From Blastocatellia bacterium (GTDB lineage Bacteria; Acidobacteriota; Blastocatellia; UBA7656), in contig CAVXWP010000001.1 in assembly GCA_963765495.1 (NCBI GenBank), forward strand, positions 768,001 through 832,000: 64,000 nt of DNA. Direction: 5' to 3'. A program made the position numbers and the translations under genes. How positions within the stretch are numbered: position 1 is the first letter of the stretch; every line of letters begins with the position of its first letter. Below are positions 21,516 through 31,506 of the stretch, piece after piece. The notes beneath the pieces were generated by a model. That model ran no database searches, was not told the DNA's origin, and saw nothing but the letters and a program-made list of their open reading frames with translations.

Positions 21516-22892
21516 ATGAGCAGAAGCCCCGTATTTAAGACTCAGTTCACAAGTTCTATGACAACGGCTGTGATGATCTTTCTCTTGCATCTGGCCGTTG
21601 CCGGTTCCGCACTGGCACAGGCGCAGACAGGCAACGCGCCGCCTGAGCCCGAGAAAGACCCGCAGCGCGCGCACTGGCGCATAGAGGTCGAGCCTTATGC
21701 CGTTTTAGGCAGCGGGCAGCCCGGCAAACTGGCCTCCGATTTCGGCAAACCCGACGGCGCTGCATTCACTCCTACGGGTTTGCTGCTTGCAACCGACGGG
21801 AAGAATCGCCGGGTGCAGGTCTGGGACGTGCGCAATCGCACGCACCTGGGCGAATTCGGCCACAAAATCTTTGGAGGCGAGATCGTCGATATAGCCGTTA
21901 TGCCCGACGGACGAGTGCTTGTAACCGATCAAACGCTCAATCTCGCTTACGTATTCGCCCCTCCCGCGCCGGGCGAAAAGGACGAGAACGGCAAGACGCT
22001 CGGCCCTTACGATTACCAGTTCAAGGGCACGCATTTCGGCGAGCAGGGATTCAATAAACTCGGAGGCATAGCCGTTGATTCGCGAGGCAGGATCTATCTG
22101 GTCGACGCGCATCTGAACGATGTGCGCCGCTTCAACTCCGACTTCTCGCTCGATTCGTCGTGGAAGTTCGAGCGGGCGCGACCGGATGGGACCACCTATC
22201 TTCACGGCTGCGAAGGGATCGCTATAGATGAGCAGGAAGGAAACCTTTTTATAGCGAGCGAAAAGGATTACATCATTCAGGTCTTCGATCTTGAGACAGG
22301 AGCCTACAAGCGCCGACTCATCGGCGCGGGCGTGGATAAATCGGGACAGCCCGTCGGGCAGTCCGTATTTTCGGGTTCGGTCGAAGGTCTCGCCGTCACG
22401 CGAAATCATCTTTTCGCCGTAGACGAAAACGCCGGTTTTATTCAGATATTCGACATCATGAAGCCCGACAGCTTCAATGTTGATCTTGCCGGATACAATC
22501 GGACGCGGCGCACTCGATCAGGCGGATACAGGGGATTTTTCGGCCATTCGCCTCTGGTCAACTTTGCCGATAAAGAAGATACAGCGCTGCAAAAACGCTT
22601 GAAGGATGGTTCGATAATACCGGGGCAGGCCAATCCGCCCGGCTATTTCTGCTCGCCTGACGCGATTGCCAGCTACACCGATGACGAATCGGGCGAGACA
22701 TATATCGCCATAGCCGATCAGTGGAATTTCCGGCTTGCCGTCTATCGCTGGTCCGATCTGACCAAAGCGATGGAGCCCGCCTCGGCAAAAAGCGAAGCCG
22801 GGGCGAAAGGCAAATCGAAAGGCGGAGGGAAGAAGAAAGGCGATGGAAAGGGAAAGAATAAGGACGGCAAGAAGAAGAAAAAAAAGAATTGA
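21516..22892 (+). CDS. Secreted NHL-repeat beta-propeller protein with Lys-rich tail
   Basis: Signal peptide (ALAQA); NHL-like blades (GGIAVDSRGRIYLVD, EGIAID, EGLAV); tail KGKSKGGGKKKGDGKGKNKDGKKKKKKN. Confidence 0.8.
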   Translation: MSRSPVFKTQFTSSMTTAVMIFLLHLAVAGSALAQAQTGNAPPEPEKDPQRAHWRIEVEPYAVLGSGQPGKLASDFGKPDGAAFTPTGLLLATDGKNRRVQVWDVRNRTHLGEFGHKIFGGEIVDIAVMPDGRVLVTDQTLNLAYVFAPPAPGEKDENGKTLGPYDYQFKGTHFGEQGFNKLGGIAVDSRGRIYLVDAHLNDVRRFNSDFSLDSSWKFERARPDGTTYLHGCEGIAIDEQEGNLFIASEKDYIIQVFDLETGAYKRRLIGAGVDKSGQPVGQSVFSGSVEGLAVTRNHLFAVDENAGFIQIFDIMKPDSFNVDLAGYNRTRRTRSGGYRGFFGHSPLVNFADKEDTALQKRLKDGSIIPGQANPPGYFCSPDAIASYTDDESGETYIAIADQWNFRLAVYRWSDLTKAMEPASAKSEAGAKGKSKGGGKKKGDGKGKNKDGKKKKKKN

Positions 22893-22967
22893 CCTGATTA
22901 AAGACTTGCTCGTAAAAGTAAATATATTACGGTCCTCTGCCGGGACTTCTGTATCTGAGGAAATGTT

Positions 22968-25900
22968 GTGAAACTCTGTCCCGTCTGCAAAAAAGAAGCC
23001 CCCGACGAGCGCAAATTTTGCCCTTTTGACGGGACACCTCTTCCTGATCTTGCGCCGCCCGCCTCGCCCGGCGATGCCGCGAGAGCCTTTCCCCTGCTTA
23101 TAATTCAATCTCCCGGCGGGCAGGTTCAGGAAGAGGCGATCACAACAACGCCGATCAATATAGGCCGCGCGCCCGATAACGACCTCTCGCTTTCCGACCC
23201 TACCATCAGCCGCCATCACGCGACGCTTATCTGGGAGGATGGGCAGTACAGAGTTGTGGATGCGGGCGGGCGCACGGGTCTCTTTGTCAACGGGCGTAGA
23301 GTAGATGAACAGGGATGGGCACTGTGTCAGGACGATGTCATTACAATCGGGCGAACTCAGATCACCTTTCAGATTCCCGGCATCGAGCTTGGCGGGCACC
23401 CATCCAGAACTGCTCGCACACAGGGCCAGCCAGATTCCACCCCCGATTCGGCTTATCCCGAACAGGCGGGGCATATCGAAATACTGACCCCTTCCGGGGA
23501 ACGCCTCTATGTAAATCTCGCGGGCGACCCGGTAAGGATAGGCGCGGGCGCAGACAATGACGTAGTGCTCGACGACCCGGCCATCAGTCACAACCACGCG
23601 ATCATAGGTTTGCGCGACGGCGGGTGGTACATTCAGGATGCGGGCAGCCGCAACGGCGTCTTTGTCAATAGGAAACGGGTAGGCTCGGACGGGCAGCCCA
23701 TCGAGCCGGGTGATTCGATAATAATAGGCCGCACACGTATCGCGCTCGCGCTTGGCCCCGAGACAGCCGATGTTCCCGTGCTCGACGAGAAGGCCACGAA
23801 ATCCGGTTTGACCGGGTTGCCGCCCACCAGACCTTTCTCCCCAAAATCTTCTCCTTCGGAGGCGGAAGGCGCTCAGGGCTACAAGACGCCCGCCGCTATA
23901 CCTAAGACCGGCCCCGCCGGTCTGCCTTCCATAGTCCTGGACAACCGATATAAGCTCGGAGCCCGAATCGCGCAGACATCGACCGGCACTCTTTATCGCG
24001 CCCGTCGCATAGCTCTTGGCGATGAAGTTCTTGTGAGAGTCCTGTACCCGGATCTGGTGCGCGACCCGGCAGCTTACGCGCGGTTTCGCAGGGGCGCGCA
24101 GGTGGCGGCAAGGATACAGCATCCGAATTCAGTCAAGATATTCGATTTCGGCTCGACCGAGGATGGGGTCGTCTATGTCGTAGAAGAGTTGCTATCGGGC
24201 CGCACCTTGCGCAATCTGATAGTCGAAGAGCGCGGCCTGACCTTGCAGCGCGTCGTCGGGCTGTTCAATCAGATATGCGGGGCCGTACACGCGGCGCACC
24301 TCAACGGCATAGTGCTGCGCGACATAAAACCCGAATCCATCTTTATCGAAAAGGGGCCGGACGGCAAAGAGCTAATCAAGGTGGGCGGTTATGGTCTGGC
24401 CAAGCTCAGCCCCTCGGAAAGCGCGGGCGTGACTATGGCCAGTCAGGCAAAAGTCTTCGGAGCGCCGCAATATATGTCGCCCGAACAATGGCTCGAACGC
24501 CCGCTCGACTCCCGATCCGATGTCTATTCGCTCGGCGTCATCCTCTTTGAATTGCTCACGGGCGCTGTGCCTTTTGACGCGCTTATGCCGGGAGAAATCG
24601 CCCAATTGCATCTGACCGCAAGGGTGCCGGATATTACCGAACTGGGACGCCCCGATCTAAACGAGGATGTGGCGGCTGTGGTAAATCGCGCGCTCGCAAA
24701 AGACCCGAAAGACAGACAGCCCACGGCACTCAATCTGGCCTCCGAGCTTCAGGCCGTATCGGGCGCGCCGCGCGGCATACTGAGCGATTTCCTGAGCCGG
24801 ACCATAGGCATAAAAGCCCTGCCGCCTGTTGTCGTACCGACTGCGCCCGCCTCGGTCCCTGCCGGAGAAGAGACCTTGCCATCGGTTGTCGCCGCGCCCG
24901 AGCCTAAAGCGGGCGGCTCGCTCAACCCTGTGGTCCTCGCCCTGATGTGTGAGGCCTTTCTTTCGCGCATATCGAGCGGGATGATAAAGACGGCCGTGCC
25001 GCTTTATGCGCTGCTGGTCTTTGGCCTCGACATCACTTCCGTCATGGTGCTCGTGCTGATTCAAAACATAGTGCCCCTGCTGCTGCGCCCCTTCTTTGGC
25101 ACGCTCGCCGACAGGTACGGCAAGAAGCGCGTATTTTTGATCGCGCTTGCCATTCGCACGCTTGTCAGCATACTTTACGCGCTAGCCACGCTGCCGCTTT
25201 TATTTATCATCAGCGCCATAAGGGGGATAGCCGATTCGGCAAAAGGGCCGTCGGCCTCGGCTATGATAGCCGACAACACGGACGAGCGACACATAGCCAA
25301 AGCCTATTCCTGGTATACGACTACGAAATCGACATCGGGCGGCATCGGCGAGGCGCTGGCGGCTTTCCTGCTGGTCACACTGATAGTCTTTCTCTCTGGC
25401 AGCCAGAATGTGACTGTAAATGTGGCCGTGCTCGAAGAGAATCATCTGGGCAAGCCTGTGGAAGAGATTTTAAAAAGCCCGGCGGATGTGACCGCAGACC
25501 GGATGCTGCCGGGAACCGAGGCCAACCCGAAGCCGCGCCGTGTGCTCATGGTAGAGCAGCGCCAGATGCCGCTCAGTCAGGTTCCGCTCGAAGATTTGCC
25601 AAAGGTCATAGAGGACACGTTCCTCAGGAGGGCGCTCGTTGTCATCTTTGTGGGTTCGACTATTCTTTCGGCCATCTCGCTCATATTGGTTGCCGTCTTT
25701 ATTCGCGAAAAAGACAAGTCAAAGAAAGTGAAAAAGAGCGCATCCAATGAATCCGCCCTGCTCGACAGATCAACCTCGCCCGCCACGCAGCCAAACATCT
25801 GGGCATTTGCGCTGATGGGCACGGCGCTCACGGCTCCGGCCTACATGGTAACGGGCGAGTTTTTCACCGTGCTTGCGGTGAAACTGGAAGTCACATCGAA

Positions 25901-26369
25901 TGCGCTCGGATGGATAAAGATACTGGCCGAGACCATAGTGCCGCTCCTGTTCGGCCCGTTTTTCGGCTGGCTTGCCGACCGCGTAGGAACAGGAAAAGTG
26001 ATCGCGACGCGCTCGATTGCCAACCTGGCCACGTCGCTGCTGTTTTGGATAACGCCCTGGTTTGCCGGAACCTTTTTGCTCAGCACGATGATGGGGCTTG
26101 CGCGCGGGGTTGACGAAATAGGCAAGGCCGCCTTCAAGCCTACGTGGGGAGCCATCGCGGCCAAAGTGTCGAGTTTCAATCTGAGCAATCGAAGCCGGAC
26201 TATGGGCATACTCGAAGGCGGTGTTGACGCATCGGACCTGGCTTTCCCGGTGCTTGCGGGGTTGTTGTTGCAATACCTCTCGCTCGGCCTCCTGATGGCC
26301 GTCCGCGCCTTGTTTGCCATCGCCGCCGAAGTTTACACTTTTATCCTCATGCGGAGATACAGGATTTAG
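22968..26369 (+). CDS. Zn-ribbon-FHA-FHA-Ser/Thr pseudokinase-MFS transporter fusion
   Basis: CPVC...FCPFDG; two FHA domains; Hanks-type kinase fold ([22 protein letters not shown]); C-terminal MFS with [11 protein letters not shown] and GWLADRVG. Confidence 0.88.
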   Translation: MKLCPVCKKEAPDERKFCPFDGTPLPDLAPPASPGDAARAFPLLIIQSPGGQVQEEAITTTPINIGRAPDNDLSLSDPTISRHHATLIWEDGQYRVVDAGGRTGLFVNGRRVDEQGWALCQDDVITIGRTQITFQIPGIELGGHPSRTARTQGQPDSTPDSAYPEQAGHIEILTPSGERLYVNLAGDPVRIGAGADNDVVLDDPAISHNHAIIGLRDGGWYIQDAGSRNGVFVNRKRVGSDGQPIEPGDSIIIGRTRIALALGPETADVPVLDEKATKSGLTGLPPTRPFSPKSSPSEAEGAQGYKTPAAIPKTGPAGLPSIVLDNRYKLGARIAQTSTGTLYRARRIALGDEVLVRVLYPDLVRDPAAYARFRRGAQVAARIQHPNSVKIFDFGSTEDGVVYVVEELLSGRTLRNLIVEERGLTLQRVVGLFNQICGAVHAAHLNGIVLRDIKPESIFIEKGPDGKELIKVGGYGLAKLSPSESAGVTMASQAKVFGAPQYMSPEQWLERPLDSRSDVYSLGVILFELLTGAVPFDALMPGEIAQLHLTARVPDITELGRPDLNEDVAAVVNRALAKDPKDRQPTALNLASELQAVSGAPRGILSDFLSRTIGIKALPPVVVPTAPASVPAGEETLPSVVAAPEPKAGGSLNPVVLALMCEAFLSRISSGMIKTAVPLYALLVFGLDITSVMVLVLIQNIVPLLLRPFFGTLADRYGKKRVFLIALAIRTLVSILYALATLPLLFIISAIRGIADSAKGPSASAMIADNTDERHIAKAYSWYTTTKSTSGGIGEALAAFLLVTLIVFLSGSQNVTVNVAVLEENHLGKPVEEILKSPADVTADRMLPGTEANPKPRRVLMVEQRQMPLSQVPLEDLPKVIEDTFLRRALVVIFVGSTILSAISLILVAVFIREKDKSKKVKKSASNESALLDRSTSPATQPNIWAFALMGTALTAPAYMVTGEFFTVLAVKLEVTSNALGWIKILAETIVPLLFGPFFGWLADRVGTGKVIATRSIANLATSLLFWITPWFAGTFLLSTMMGLARGVDEIGKAAFKPTWGAIAAKVSSFNLSNRSRTMGILEGGVDASDLAFPVLAGLLLQYLSLGLLMAVRALFAIAAEVYTFILMRRYRI

Positions 26370-26491
26370 CATATCGAGATTTGAGATTTGAGACTTGAAA
26401 CCTCAGATGGGCGCGTGTGAATGAGATTAATTTCCAGCGTATTTGGTTTGCATTTGACGATAAAGGCGAAAATCGAAAGGTAAAGGATAAG

Positions 26492-27526
26492 ATGAGAAGT
26501 GATATGGATAGGATAAGAACAGGTGGTTCCGGCCTCCCACACGGGTCGGCCTCCGCTTTTTTGTGTATGGCTATAATCGTTATTTCGGTTATCGGGGCCG
26601 CCTCTTGCCACGGAAGTTCCAACAATAATGAGGCTAATGAGACGATGGCAAAGGGCGAGAAGAAGCATAAGGAAAGATCGAAAGGGATAGGCGAAGGCAT
26701 TGCGATCAAAGGGGGAACGTTTGAAACATCCGGGGCGGCGCAGGTTCCCGGAACCGATTATCTGCTCGTCGTTGACGACGGCAGAAACGATCAGATTCTC
26801 TTGCTGCAAATAGACAAAACGGGCCAGCAGGTAGGCGACCCCACTCCCTTAGACCTCGGGGTGAGCGTCAACGACCCGGAAGGCATCACCTTTGACGGAA
26901 CATATTTCTACATCGCGGGCTCGCAATCCCGGCCAAAGCAGGAAGAGAAAAACGCGCTCGCGCGATTTGTCTTTGACTCAAACACGCGGCAGATAAAGAG
27001 CGCGGAGGCGATAAAGGATTTCAGGTCGTGGCTCCTCGAAAAAGCGCCCGAGTTAAAGGCCGAAGGCGACCAGAAGGGCGAAGACGGCGGGCTGAACATC
27101 GAAGGCATCGCGTGGGACCCCGATCATAAGCGCCTTCTGCTCGGGTTGCGCTCGCCGTTTGTCGGCGACAAGGCAATGATTATACCCGTGAGTTTACGCA
27201 CGCCAACCGGCCCGTTTTCAGCCGACAATTTGCAGGTTGAAAAAGCCATCGAGTTGCCACTCGGCGGTGCGGGCGTCAGGGACATTCAATACGACAACCG
27301 ATTGAAATCTTTCCTGATAATTTCGGGCGCGCCTGAAACGCGCAAGAAAGGCGAATTTGATCTCTGGCGGTGGGACGGCAATTCAGAACCGCAGAAGATG
27401 GCCGTGCTTGATCGCAAATTGAAACCCGAAGGCGTAGCGCCGATCAAAATGGCCGATAGCGATTTTATCTTTGTAGTCTGCGACGCGAGTTTTTATTTCA
27501 AAATCGACTACCCCGAGGGGCAGTAG
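26492..27526 (+). CDS. DUF3616-like beta-propeller lipoprotein (start uncertain)
   Basis: Lipobox-like AASC; DPEGITFDG.YFYIAGSQS, GGLNIEGIAWD, LLLGLRSP, LGGAGVRDI and KPEGV motifs. Confidence 0.7.
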   Translation: MRSDMDRIRTGGSGLPHGSASAFLCMAIIVISVIGAASCHGSSNNNEANETMAKGEKKHKERSKGIGEGIAIKGGTFETSGAAQVPGTDYLLVVDDGRNDQILLLQIDKTGQQVGDPTPLDLGVSVNDPEGITFDGTYFYIAGSQSRPKQEEKNALARFVFDSNTRQIKSAEAIKDFRSWLLEKAPELKAEGDQKGEDGGLNIEGIAWDPDHKRLLLGLRSPFVGDKAMIIPVSLRTPTGPFSADNLQVEKAIELPLGGAGVRDIQYDNRLKSFLIISGAPETRKKGEFDLWRWDGNSEPQKMAVLDRKLKPEGVAPIKMADSDFIFVVCDASFYFKIDYPEGQ

Positions 27527-27697
27527 GCAGTAGGCAGTAGGCAGTTTTTAAGGGGGAATATCGCTATCTATACAGATGCCTGATTAGAACGGTGGGAATA
27601 GACCACGGACGGACGCGGATCGGGCGGATTTACACGGATGAACTCATCGCTTCAAAATAACTGCCTACTGCCTACTGCCTACTGCATACTGCCTACT
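27519..27697. repeat. Inverted heptamer (GGCAGTA/TACTGCC) arrays between convergent genes
   Basis: ggcagta about x4 at 27519-27545 and actgcct about x5 at 27660-27697; each array contains the stop codon of its flanking gene. Confidence 0.85.
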
Positions 27698-28747
27698 ATC
27701 CATAGGCCACTGTCTGGGCTTGCGGCCTCGTTTGAACATCAATTGGGGGAACATCAGATTGGCGCGAAACCGCTCAATCGAGTGGTCTCGTTCGACGTGT
27801 ATTCGCGGCAGGGCGAATCGGTCAAACTCATCATAAAATGCCATCGAGTCTTCATAAGATACAGCGTAGTGAAATCCTGCGCGGGCCACTGCTTCCTTTG
27901 CTTCGAGGCTGAATCTGGAGAGCGTCCCCGCCGGATAGGCGAATGCTATGGCCTCTTTCCCCAGATGTCGTTCGATGGCTCGCTTGCTTTCAAATATCTC
28001 CTGCTCAAGCTGCGCGTGGCCGACATTGGCAAGAATCGGATGTGTGATCGTATGACTGCCAAACTCGATGCCTTCGGACGCCATCAGATTGATCTCTTCC
28101 CAGGTGAGCATCATCTTTCGGGCAAGGTGCTCGGGCATCTCTACATCGAGTTCCAGATTGAGTCTTTCCAGAAAGCCCTGTCTGACCTCTTCGGGAACCT
28201 CCTTGATCCATTCAAGCACGCGCTCGATGGCGCTGCGTCTGTCGATTGCAGACCGAAGCGACATAGGCTCTCCTGAAACTGAGGGGAAGGAGATTTCCGC
28301 GCGCCGGGTTTTTTTCAATGAGTAAGTGATCCGATCCCACCAGAAGAGCTTCGATTGATTTATACAGCCCGTCGTGAGAAAGATGGTCGCAGGGAGCGCC
28401 AGAGCTTTCAGCACGGGGAAGGCATTGGTGTAATTGTCTTTGTATCCGTCATCGAAGGTGATCAGCAGAGCGCGGTGGGGCAATTTTCGCCCTTCGATCT
28501 CCGACTGGCGCAGGTCTTGAAAAGAGATAACATCAAAATTGTTCCGCGCAAACTTCATCTGATTATAGAAGCTCTCGGTGTCGGCGCTTATCAACTCTTC
28601 GTCAAAAGGAAAGGTGGCCGGGTCATCATCTATCACGCGATGATAGGCGAGTATGCGCAAGCCCTCCGAGCGGGCGCTGGCAAGCGACCATATTCGGCTG
28701 GTGAATTGATTGCCCAATAAGCGGGATGCAATCTCTCGTCTGCTCAT
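27665..28747 (-). CDS. Polysaccharide deacetylase (NodB homology)
   Basis: ILAYHRV, ITFDDGYKDNY, GSHTITHP and FAYPAG. Confidence 0.92.
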   Translation of the reverse strand: MSRREIASRLLGNQFTSRIWSLASARSEGLRILAYHRVIDDDPATFPFDEELISADTESFYNQMKFARNNFDVISFQDLRQSEIEGRKLPHRALLITFDDGYKDNYTNAFPVLKALALPATIFLTTGCINQSKLFWWDRITYSLKKTRRAEISFPSVSGEPMSLRSAIDRRSAIERVLEWIKEVPEEVRQGFLERLNLELDVEMPEHLARKMMLTWEEINLMASEGIEFGSHTITHPILANVGHAQLEQEIFESKRAIERHLGKEAIAFAYPAGTLSRFSLEAKEAVARAGFHYAVSYEDSMAFYDEFDRFALPRIHVERDHSIERFRANLMFPQLMFKRGRKPRQWPMDSRQYAVGSRQ

Positions 28748-28756
28748 AATCGGCTC

Positions 28757-29905
28757 TCAAGACGCCGCGCTGCGAAGGCTGCGCCGGGCTTCGCGCAGAT
28801 GGGCGATAACCCGATCAGCCGCGCTGAAGACGGCTTCCTTTGAGTGCGCGCGCGCAAGTCGCAACTGGCGAATGCTACGGCTCTCAGCGCCCCACCTGAA
28901 CTTGTAGCTGCCCGGCTCGCCTTTCAGGAAATCACATTCCCTCAAGCCCATCTCTATGGCTTTCTCGACGGCGAAACTGCGAATCAGAACTCCGGGGCTT
29001 GATATACGGCCTCCTTCGAGGATGAGGCCGCTTTGATAATAATACATTTTGTTGTTGTAGATGAAATCATAGAGCGCGGCGGCAGGCTCTCCCGATTCGA
29101 AAAGCACGAAGAGCTTGAGCCACCCCTTTTGCAATGCCTTTGGCGCAAGCAAGCGATGAAAGCGCGTGAATCTTTCGCTTGAGAAAACACCCGGTCTTCC
29201 ACGCGAGGTCCATCGCGCCTGATGCAGCCGGATCAGTATCTCGAAGTGCTCGTCAAAACCTTTGAGGCTTTCGATCAGGCGCACTTCTCCCTTCAGGCTT
29301 TCGAGCGTTCTTCGCTCTTTGCGTATCTTTCTGCGAAAATCCCGGCTGAGCCCGCTCATAAATGTCTCCCAGTCGCCGGGCAGAGGAACATAGACGCAGA
29401 TTTGATCGCGCAGGGTTTGAAATTTTGTATCGCTCGCTTCGCATAAGGTTTCAAGGAAAGGCAGATTCGGCGACTCGCCGGAAATGTCGGTCAGGATGAA
29501 TTCATCCCAGTCCCTGTCTTGTTTGTGCAGGAATTCGAAGATGGCCCGAAGAGATTCGGCTTCGCGCCCGCCGAGAAGTATGAAATCGAGATAATCCGAG
29601 CAAATCTCGTCGGCCTCGTCTTCACCTGACCCGAGAAATTCAAGCCTGCGGTAAGGCAGCACTCCATAATGCCGCACCGTGCGTTTCAATAGCGGGGCGA
29701 TGCCGATAAGTTCTTTCCCGTCGCGGACCAGCAAAATATAAAGCTCTCTGCCCTCGCCAAACACATCCCACCACGTGCTCAGCCATTCCCATGTAAGTGT
29801 GATCGAGTTGCTGGAGCTTGCTTCAAGAAGGCCGTTCCACACCGATTCGAGATCGTTGAAATCTTCGCGGGTCGTTATCTTTTCAATCGTGATCTTGCTA
29901 CGCAA
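28757..29905 (-). CDS. GNAT acetyltransferase, CelD/BcsL-like
   Basis: TWEWLSTWW, GIAPL, SDYLDF, SPGVL and DFLKGEPGSYKFRW. Confidence 0.88.
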   Translation of the reverse strand: MRSKITIEKITTREDFNDLESVWNGLLEASSSNSITLTWEWLSTWWDVFGEGRELYILLVRDGKELIGIAPLLKRTVRHYGVLPYRRLEFLGSGEDEADEICSDYLDFILLGGREAESLRAIFEFLHKQDRDWDEFILTDISGESPNLPFLETLCEASDTKFQTLRDQICVYVPLPGDWETFMSGLSRDFRRKIRKERRTLESLKGEVRLIESLKGFDEHFEILIRLHQARWTSRGRPGVFSSERFTRFHRLLAPKALQKGWLKLFVLFESGEPAAALYDFIYNNKMYYYQSGLILEGGRISSPGVLIRSFAVEKAIEMGLRECDFLKGEPGSYKFRWGAESRSIRQLRLARAHSKEAVFSAADRVIAHLREARRSLRSAAS

Positions 29906-29928
29906 AACTTATCTCCAAATCAGGCTCA

Positions 29929-31467
29929 TCAAAGACGGGAAGACTTTATCGCCGGTCGCGCCACATCAGGCTTGCGGGTACTGTTAAAAGGGGTACTCTT
30001 AAAAGCGCTCTCGTGCGCGCCTATGTCATAGCCTGCGCCTTGCGGACGCCCGGACGTTGAATAATCCGTCATCACTTCCGTAATACTCTCTCCGTGATCG
30101 ATGGCGGGGCTTGTTGGGCGCAGCCTGTACAGATCATGTTCATCCAGCATAGGATTGGCGACAATAGAGTTATAGTCAACTCTTATATTTTTCTTCCACT
30201 CGTCAAACCGCCAGGAATCGGCCTCGCCCGCAGGGGTTTCGCGGCGAAACTCTACGCCCTTTTGCCCGCTGAAATATATGTTCGAGTTGCATATGAGTTG
30301 ATCCGCAAGATTCTTGATAAAGATGACGGGCCGCGAGTTTGAAACGACTATGTTGTTCTTAAACATCACGCGCTCGCTCGGCACATCCCGCTCGTTTACT
30401 ACTACCCAGAAGGCCGCCTGCATCCGTTTTGCCACATCGTAAAGCGTGTTGTTTATGAATCGAACATTGTTGCCCGAATAGGTGCCTGCGCCCGCCGCCT
30501 CAGACCCGATGATCAAATTATTGCGCGCCACACAATTTATCGCTTCAAACCGAGCGCCGTCTCTCATAAATTCAAGATCGGTAGACTGACCGAGCAAGAT
30601 GCCTGCGTGGCCCGAGCGTTCGACCAGACAGCCTTCTATCAGGCCGTCACGCGCTCCGCCTTTGAGGTAAAGGCCGTTTGTCGCCGCATCGTGTATGTGG
30701 CATCGGCGAATGGTTATGCCCACCGAGCCTATCGAGTCAATGCCCTCGGCATTCGACGAATCGCGCGCGCCGGTCGGGCCGATTTCGCAGTCTTCGATCA
30801 AGAGGTTATCGGCATTGAATGTCTTTACGGCATCGCGTCCGGTATTTTGAATGCGGCAGCCGCGAATCACTACGCCGGTGGTCGAAGCCTGTTTATCCAC
30901 ATCCACCTTTACGCCGTAATAAGATGCGCCCTCAATATCGAGATTGATCAAAGAGACGCGGTTTGCGGCGATGATGATGATGCTCGTAGGGTTATCGGCG
31001 CGCTCATCAATTCCGCCGACGATACTTGCGCGCTCGCCCGGATATGAAGAGATGGTAACTCCCTCCTCATCAACCCAGAGAAAACGATTGATCGTGTAGC
31101 GGCCTGCTCTGAGGTAAACCGTATCCCCGGCAGAAAGCATCTCGGTCGCCTGCGCGGGTGTCGAGACGGGGCGTTCGAGAGTGCCGGGATTGCTGTCATC
31201 ACCCGAGGGGGATACATAGATTGTCTTAGCCTGCGCGCAAACGACCGATGCCGATGTGATGAGCGCAAACGAGAAGACAAATTGAAAAATCAGTTTTTTA
31301 GACCGGATTCCGATTGAATGTAGGGGCAGGGCTTGTCCCTGCCCGGATCGCGCGTTAGCGCGATGGCAGTCATCGCCCTTTGGACGATCCGGGCAGGGAC
31401 AAGCCCTGCCCCTACATTTATCATATATGCAACTGGAACTCGGTCTAAGATTCGCTTTAATCATCAT
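29929..31467 (-). CDS. Secreted right-handed beta-helix protein (pectate lyase-like), with a REP-type palindrome in its 5' region
   Basis: YVSPSGDDSNPGT..P, AGDTVYLRAGRY, parallel beta-helix repeats and SPAID...YDIGAHE. Confidence 0.8.
   Translation of the reverse strand: MMIKANLRPSSSCIYDKCRGRACPCPDRPKGDDCHRANARSGQGQALPLHSIGIRSKKLIFQFVFSFALITSASVVCAQAKTIYVSPSGDDSNPGTLERPVSTPAQATEMLSAGDTVYLRAGRYTINRFLWVDEEGVTISSYPGERASIVGGIDERADNPTSIIIIAANRVSLINLDIEGASYYGVKVDVDKQASTTGVVIRGCRIQNTGRDAVKTFNADNLLIEDCEIGPTGARDSSNAEGIDSIGSVGITIRRCHIHDAATNGLYLKGGARDGLIEGCLVERSGHAGILLGQSTDLEFMRDGARFEAINCVARNNLIIGSEAAGAGTYSGNNVRFINNTLYDVAKRMQAAFWVVVNERDVPSERVMFKNNIVVSNSRPVIFIKNLADQLICNSNIYFSGQKGVEFRRETPAGEADSWRFDEWKKNIRVDYNSIVANPMLDEHDLYRLRPTSPAIDHGESITEVMTDYSTSGRPQGAGYDIGAHESAFKSTPFNSTRKPDVARPAIKSSRL
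31317..31418. repeat. REPIN-like element (34-bp perfect inverted repeat, 34-nt spacer)
   Basis: aatgtaggggcagggcttgtccctgcccggatcg (31317-31350) and its exact reverse complement (31385-31418); GTAG-headed arms. Confidence 0.85.
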
Positions 31468-31506
31468 AAGGTCCGTCGAGGCTCTGGAAATCTCTAATCT
31501 CAGCCT

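Noticed and set aside
22518-24122. 534-aa minus-strand ORF
   Set aside because: It is the antisense shadow of the NHL and FHA-kinase genes and has no recognisable motifs.
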